Below, piece by piece: positions 51,701 to 64,000 of a stretch of 64,000 bases of DNA. The translations under genes and the position numbers were made by a program. The DNA comes from Balanoglossus misakiensis (taxonomy: Eukaryota > Animalia > Hemichordata). Under the pieces are notes generated by a model that saw nothing but the letters and a program-made list of their open reading frames with translations, did no database searches and was not told the DNA's origin. Position 1 is the first letter of the stretch. Each line of letters opens with the position of its first letter. The DNA is taken from contig CM082578.2 in NCBI GenBank assembly GCA_040954595.2, positions 17,245,703 through 17,309,702 on the forward strand. Direction: 5' to 3'.

Positions 51701-53727
51701 AACTTTGAACCTTTGTATTAGTAGGCTGCACTCGCTGGCTAAAAGTGTGGCTAAGCTTGTTCTTAACACCGCCATTGCCAGTGCTAGTCTTATTCATAGG
51801 TGCATCGTTTGTGGTAGATTTGGCATTTGTGTTTTCGGATAACTTTTCGCTAGTTTGTTGCTTGGGTGTAACATCAACAGCATTTGGGTTGTTACCGGAT
51901 GATGCGGCAGTATCGCCATGGTTACCACGCAAACTTTGAGCTGGCGCACGGACAGGCTGGGCGTTGATGTTCAAAGCTTTCCCTGGTACGCGGGGCATTT
52001 GTTCGGAACTTTTGCGCCTTGCAAGTGTCCCTTCCTTTGCGGTTTTTGGTGGTGGTAAATTGGCGGCCGCTTGCGTAGACTGCGTGTCCCGGCTTCCATT
52101 GAGTGGCTGTCTTGGCAGAGGACGGCCCTTGCTTTCGCCTGCATTTGGGGCTTTGGCGCTTCCGTCGGCGGCCATGTTGGACGAAGGCGCAGCCGCTGCT
52201 CTAATGTCTGTATGTGATTTGTTTCCGATGGAACTATTCTTCGGTTTGTTCTGGACAACTTTCTCTTCGCGCGTTTCCTCTCGTTGCTTAGAAACACTGG
52301 TTGCTGCAGTCTGGAAACTTGTCTTGATGTCAGAAATTTTCGGTTTCATTGCAGACGCGCCGTGGGTAGGTTTGGAAGAAGTGTTTCCAAAGTTCGTCGG
52401 CGTGGGGGTCGGGGTGACATTTGGGGTGTGAAATTCGGTCGGGCTGAGTGTGGGCGATGACAGACTGCCTTTGCCACCGTCTCCGGTCGCCTTGGTATCT
52501 GGTTGTTTACTTTGACGAGTATTATCCAAAATTGGTGGTTTTCTTTTCGCTGGCAACGAGGTTTTCTCAGCTGTGGTTTTTGAAACCATATTAGAAGGCT
52601 TGTTATTTTTGTCTATTCCTGGATAGTGAAAAGTAGACAATATTGACATTTGACAATTTTAAAGCAACAATGCAGATTATACACATATTGAGCAGAGCTG
52701 AAATACTGGACCATTCATCATAGGATGTTATGCGAACACAAAACTGTACTTGACACACATAACAAATATGCTAAAAACAAAGCCAAATTTAACAGTCACC
52801 TCTAATTTAAATGTGCCCATATATGGCTATCATAGCGAGTCTCGGTGACTGTGGTGACGCTCTTTTTCACGTTGCACCCAACGAAAATCTATGATTGGCC
52901 AGATCTCCAACTACCATGGTAACCGGGGGTAACTTAGCTAATGAATTTGTTACGCTGTTACTGTAAATGCAACAAATATTGGCGCAATGCTCACCACGCC
53001 CCGTTCCTTGTTGGGCAGTTACTGCACGCGACACCTGTTTGCCTGCATCCGTCCGCTTGGTGGCGTTGTCAGCGGCCTTATCGCCCTTCCCTGATGACTT
53101 GTTGGCTTGGGTAGAAACACCGGACGTCGCGGGGGTCTGCTGCGGTGGTTCCGGTTTCAATCTTCGTGCAATCCGTATCGACTCCAGCATTTTCTTCGCT
53201 GACGCAATGTTGAACATAGTCCACTCACCCAGCGGACTGGTCAGTGAGAAATCGCACTCCGCGATGCCAATTTCCTTCAGACTTTGAACCAGCCTACAAT
53301 TAAAGAAATCTGGCTATGTGGCGACTCACAACTTTATTTTTCACATACGTAGACTTCATGCAACTCCACCAAAATGAAGTTTCCCAACTTCTCTTTCATT
53401 TATATACATGTAAAGTGGAATGTAGACAAAGATGAAATTGAACTCCCTCCAAGAGAAACTTAATGTTTCACAATCCTGTTTTTGGAATCAGTCGCCACAT
53501 CCGCATGTCTGAGATAACGGTGTCATGCCTTCGAAGTTCTATTTTAGATGGACATATGAATATTAAACACAAAGACGGAAACGGGGGATTCTACCAAACT
53601 TATCCACCGCCCATGGCGTTTTGAAGACACCTACCTTTCTCGAAGGTCATCTGCAAACTGACAGAAAAAAAGATGTAAATAAAGGTGTTAGCATACTGTT
53701 GCGGTGAGATAAAAGAACTCAGTGAAG

Positions 53728-53775
<48 letters not shown>

Positions 53776-55166
53776 TTATTGTGTTCGAACGAAAAGTAGC
53801 TGCACCAAGATAGACTCCAGGGTGTTGGACATGCTTACCAATAAGAAAGATGCCGGGTCCTTTTGCACCACCTTGAGTTCTTGTGTGAGTTTCTGCAACC
53901 CTTCTGAGACTGGCCACTTTTCTTCCACCTGGGACATCTTTGTAGTGACTTTTTGGAGTCGACTATCCACTTCTGTGTTGATGGTGTTTATCATGGCCAT
54001 TTCACGTGCATCGATCAACTGGCGCAGTTCACGGCATGTGTTTCGAATGTGCTGCTTCAGTCCCTCAGCGCCATCCTAAACGGAAAATGTTAGTGACATT
54101 TCAGAGAGTTCGCTTGCAAAATTAAATAACACATTTAACCTTTTATTACTGTTCGTGCCACAGTCTTGGTGGGTGTTCAGCTTTTTGGAGTGTGTGATAA
54201 AAAGACGCCATGTATCGTAGAAAGCCCAGGTACACTCACCTTGGCCGTCTTTTGGAAAGTGGTCACTGAATACATGAAGCGCTTGTTGATGGCGTTTATT
54301 CGTGCTAGCTTCTCTCCCTGAGATGTGATCATTTCCTGCGGGAACCCAGAAAAGAGCAGGTTACATACAAACTCAAATCCTGAACGATATTCTTCATAAT
54401 GTGTCAGTTGTTTTTAGCTAAGGATAAACGCGCATATATGAGACTGTCGAATTACGCCAGCACCAATCGAATTCTGGTGTCTGAAACAGGCCAATTTCCA
54501 AGAAAGATCGTTTTAAAATGACTGACTTACTTCAATTTCATTATAAACTCCGACAATATCGACGATCCGATGGTTGCTATGATGAGTTTGGGTTCTGCAA
54601 GCGCTACATGAAGGAATATTACACTGCAAACAGTAGAAATCCAATGTCAGATCGTGATGTTCGGGACACTTCAATTTGGTGTGTCTGCTGATCTCTGCTA
54701 CGTTATGTTTAGCAAACTGTTCCAGTCTGGGAGGGTGCAGATCTGTCATGCAGGTGGTGCAGTAAGAGAAGTCGCACTTGAAACAGTATTTAACCGCTGG
54801 TTGTGCGTTCGTCCGGTCTTCACACAACTGACACGTTTTCGGTATATTCTTTATGCCGAGTCGTTCGCGATACCTGTCCGTGATGTTTTCGAGGAGGAAA
54901 TTCCGTACCAGCGTGTCCATTCCGTACTTGGAGAAGTTGTGAACACACTTGCAGATCACGCAGTCCAGAACGTACTTCTCCTTGTTGCCGAACAAACTCC
55001 ACAGAGTCCGTCGCTTTTCCTTCGTCACTCGATCGCTGACACATGGTTGACAAAACGAATGAAAACACGGTAGCAGGATCGGCATACGGTAGAGATCCTT
55101 GCAAACTTGGCACGTAAGAATGTTCCTCAGAAACTCGTTCGTCGATTCCGACAGACGATTTTCCAT
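48047..55166 (-). CDS. TRIM E3 ubiquitin ligase (RING-Bbox1-Bbox2-coiled coil-long low-complexity insert-PRY/SPRY), 7 coding exons, ~1896 aa; N-terminus TRIM9/MID1/TRIM36-like
   Basis: Exons 55166-54531 (636), 54335-54240 (96), 54075-53839 (237), 53657-53635 (23), 53293-52995 (299), 52618-48959 (3660) and 48786-48047 (740). All introns are GT-AG with compatible phases (0,0,0,2,1,1); total 5691 nt open. C3HC4 RING (CQVC..LPCFHSFCQPC..CVIC), B-box1 (CQLC..CFKC..YCTTC..HP), B-box2 (CPEH..CLQC..CSAC..H..H). The 96/~237/23-nt coiled-coil exon series is typical of TRIMs. LDTHT..L.L..D and SGEYYWEV are B30.2 motifs. Confidence 0.9.
48959..52618 (-). CDS. TRIM exon 6: 1220-codon Ser/Thr/Asn/Pro/Lys-rich, mostly disordered segment
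   Basis: Acceptor ttttcactatccag|GA and donor ACAG|gtatga; lies within ORF 48834..52649; phase 1 at both ends. Confidence 0.85.
53728..53775 (+). repeat. (CAT)16 microsatellite in TRIM intron 3
   Basis: Perfect 48-bp trinucleotide run. Confidence 0.97.
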
Positions 55167-57006
55167 CTTGAAAAATTCCCCCACAGATGTTGACAATTGT
55201 ATTTCTTCTGCCGACTTCACATTCTCAATATCGTGAATATCCGAGAGCTATTCTCATACTGGTCCGTTATAATCTAAAGAACTCCGCGCGCAAACTCGCG
55301 CGGAAATTTTACGCGCTCACGCCAAAGTATCATGGAGAACGACGCGAACGCGTGAATGTGCATGGCAGCACGCAGAAATACAATTTCAATTATGATATCC
55401 AAATATTACTTTTGTCATTTACTTCAATTTGTATTTAATGGGTGGAGTGCTTTCATTTCTTGACTTCCAAGCCAAGATGAACATTATCCCTCATTGCCAT
55501 ATTGGTCGAAGTACATGTAAGTAAAGGATAACGCGTAGCATTACCTGTATGACAGCATCTGTGATCTTAGTATGCTAAACAACTTCTAAATCAACCAATC
55601 AAAAGCTTCACAGAATGCACCTGGTGATGGAAAATTTCGATTGGATAGTGAGGTGCCACTTTCCTCATTCGGAAGTCAATCTTTGACGGACAAACACCAT
55701 GGCTGAAATTAGTGACAATAACGACGTCTTCCTTTATCCAGAGCAATTTCCGACAAACAAGTGGTGAAGGTCATGACTGTGAAGATATTGACTGGATTTT
55801 CCGAGATTTTGGTAGCTTCACTTAAGAAGAACATAAACCATAAGGCATGTAAAGTAACTTGACGGAAATCGGTGGTGCCTTTTCTCCTGGCTTGCATCCT
55901 CTACAGTACTGTAAGTAACAATTTTCTGTCATTTTCTTCACGAAGCATGCAAATTTAGTTATTCTATTGGAAGGGCAATTCAAGGAAGTTTTAGTTTGTC
56001 GAAAAAATACCCGAAACTTTCAGGCGAAATCGTGTGTGAGCGTGAAATGGAACCCCAATCAAAAGTCGAGCCCCGCGCACAGAGATTACAGAAAAAGATG
56101 GCTGAACGAAGTCTGTGCACGTGGAAGCAGTTCTTCCCGGAGTAGGCAGCATTTCTTTCAAAATGAACAATGACTAATTTGTTATCTTGTGTGTGAATGT
56201 CATTATGCGTGGTGCAGTGCAACATCTGGATTCTCAGTGCACTGGTGCGGTACAATACCGAAAATATCTCAGCCTACAAAAAGCAATATTACAGTAAATG
56301 TCCCAAGCAAACAGAGAGTATGGGCACATGTAGTACTACGGTAGTATTTTAAAAGTAAAGAATTGGCGTAAGGGAGGGGGTAACAAGCACACGATAGACC
56401 AAAATCTGTACATGCATTGGTCATTTCAAAAGAACTACACAACATATCAAACTAATATTTTTTGTTATATACTTTATTAATCTTCATAATTAATATTTTC
56501 TTTCGTATACATCATGAAACCTTTGGCATATCTGCATAGGGACGTACTTCTGTAACTTGGAAAATTAATCAAAATGAAATGTAGTTTATCTCGAAGAGGC
56601 TAACTTAATGGCTGAATAACAAATAACAGAAAAATCACTGAAATGCTTAAAACTAAAAAAATCCATCAACTTTGCCAAATAAAAGTTAGTTATCACATTG
56701 TTAAAATGGGAAAACTTAAGCACAAGCAGCGTTTGTGCGTAAATAAGTCTCTTGAGTATTATTCTGTGTGCACTTGGTGGCACTTAAAAATTTAAATACC
56801 ACCCCCCTTGGTAATTTTGTGTATCCATTGCAGTTTGTGAAACATGATGAAATGCTCAGCATTTAGCTTATCAACACAACATACATGTATATGTGTATTG
56901 TCAGCATTGTCATTGTGCAAAATTTGAATTCAAGTCCAGAGTAGAATTTATTTGTCATATGTTGACAAGTGGAATACAAGTGGAATGGTTTATTCTTTTA
57001 GTTCTG

Positions 57007-63824
<6,818 letters not shown>

Positions 63825-64000
63825 CTGAAAACATTGTGTTAAGATTTAACAATATTAAATTATATGGTGCTTATGATGTAAATCAATAATTAATGCATTA
63901 ATACATCCATATGATATAGTGCTACTAAATGTGCTAATTAATTGTTTGGCTTCAAATTGGATCTTGTTTCTTTGCGTTTCATGTTATAGAATGATCAGTC

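Noticed and set aside
48521-55113. Many overlapping antisense or alternate-frame ORFs across the TRIM exons (likewise across the GPCR)
   Set aside because: Shadow ORFs expected from GC-rich coding sequence; no independent motifs.

Overview
AT-rich animal genomic DNA with spliceosomal GT-AG introns, probably from a marine invertebrate (inference from gene content); no prokaryotic features, RNA genes or CRISPR arrays were found. Four protein-coding loci are supported. (1) The terminal exon (10161-10889, +) of a probable exonuclease/endonuclease/phosphatase (EEP) family gene, in which the last two catalytic motifs are separated by a Cys-rich module and a two-helix membrane hairpin. (2) An intronless histamine-H1-like aminergic GPCR (33851-36121, +) lacking both cysteines of the conserved TM3-ECL2 disulfide. 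(3) A 7-exon, ~1896-aa TRIM gene (55166-48047, -): RING, two B-boxes, coiled coil, a single 3660-nt low-complexity exon, then PRY/SPRY. (4) The last 20 exons of a sulfonylurea-receptor-type ABCC transporter (63824-57007, -). Intergenic DNA holds a solo-LTR/MITE-like element, a LINE 3' remnant, a diverged tandem duplication resembling a GT31 glycosyltransferase fragment, and simple repeats. All homology calls are by eye from recalled motifs; no searches were run.
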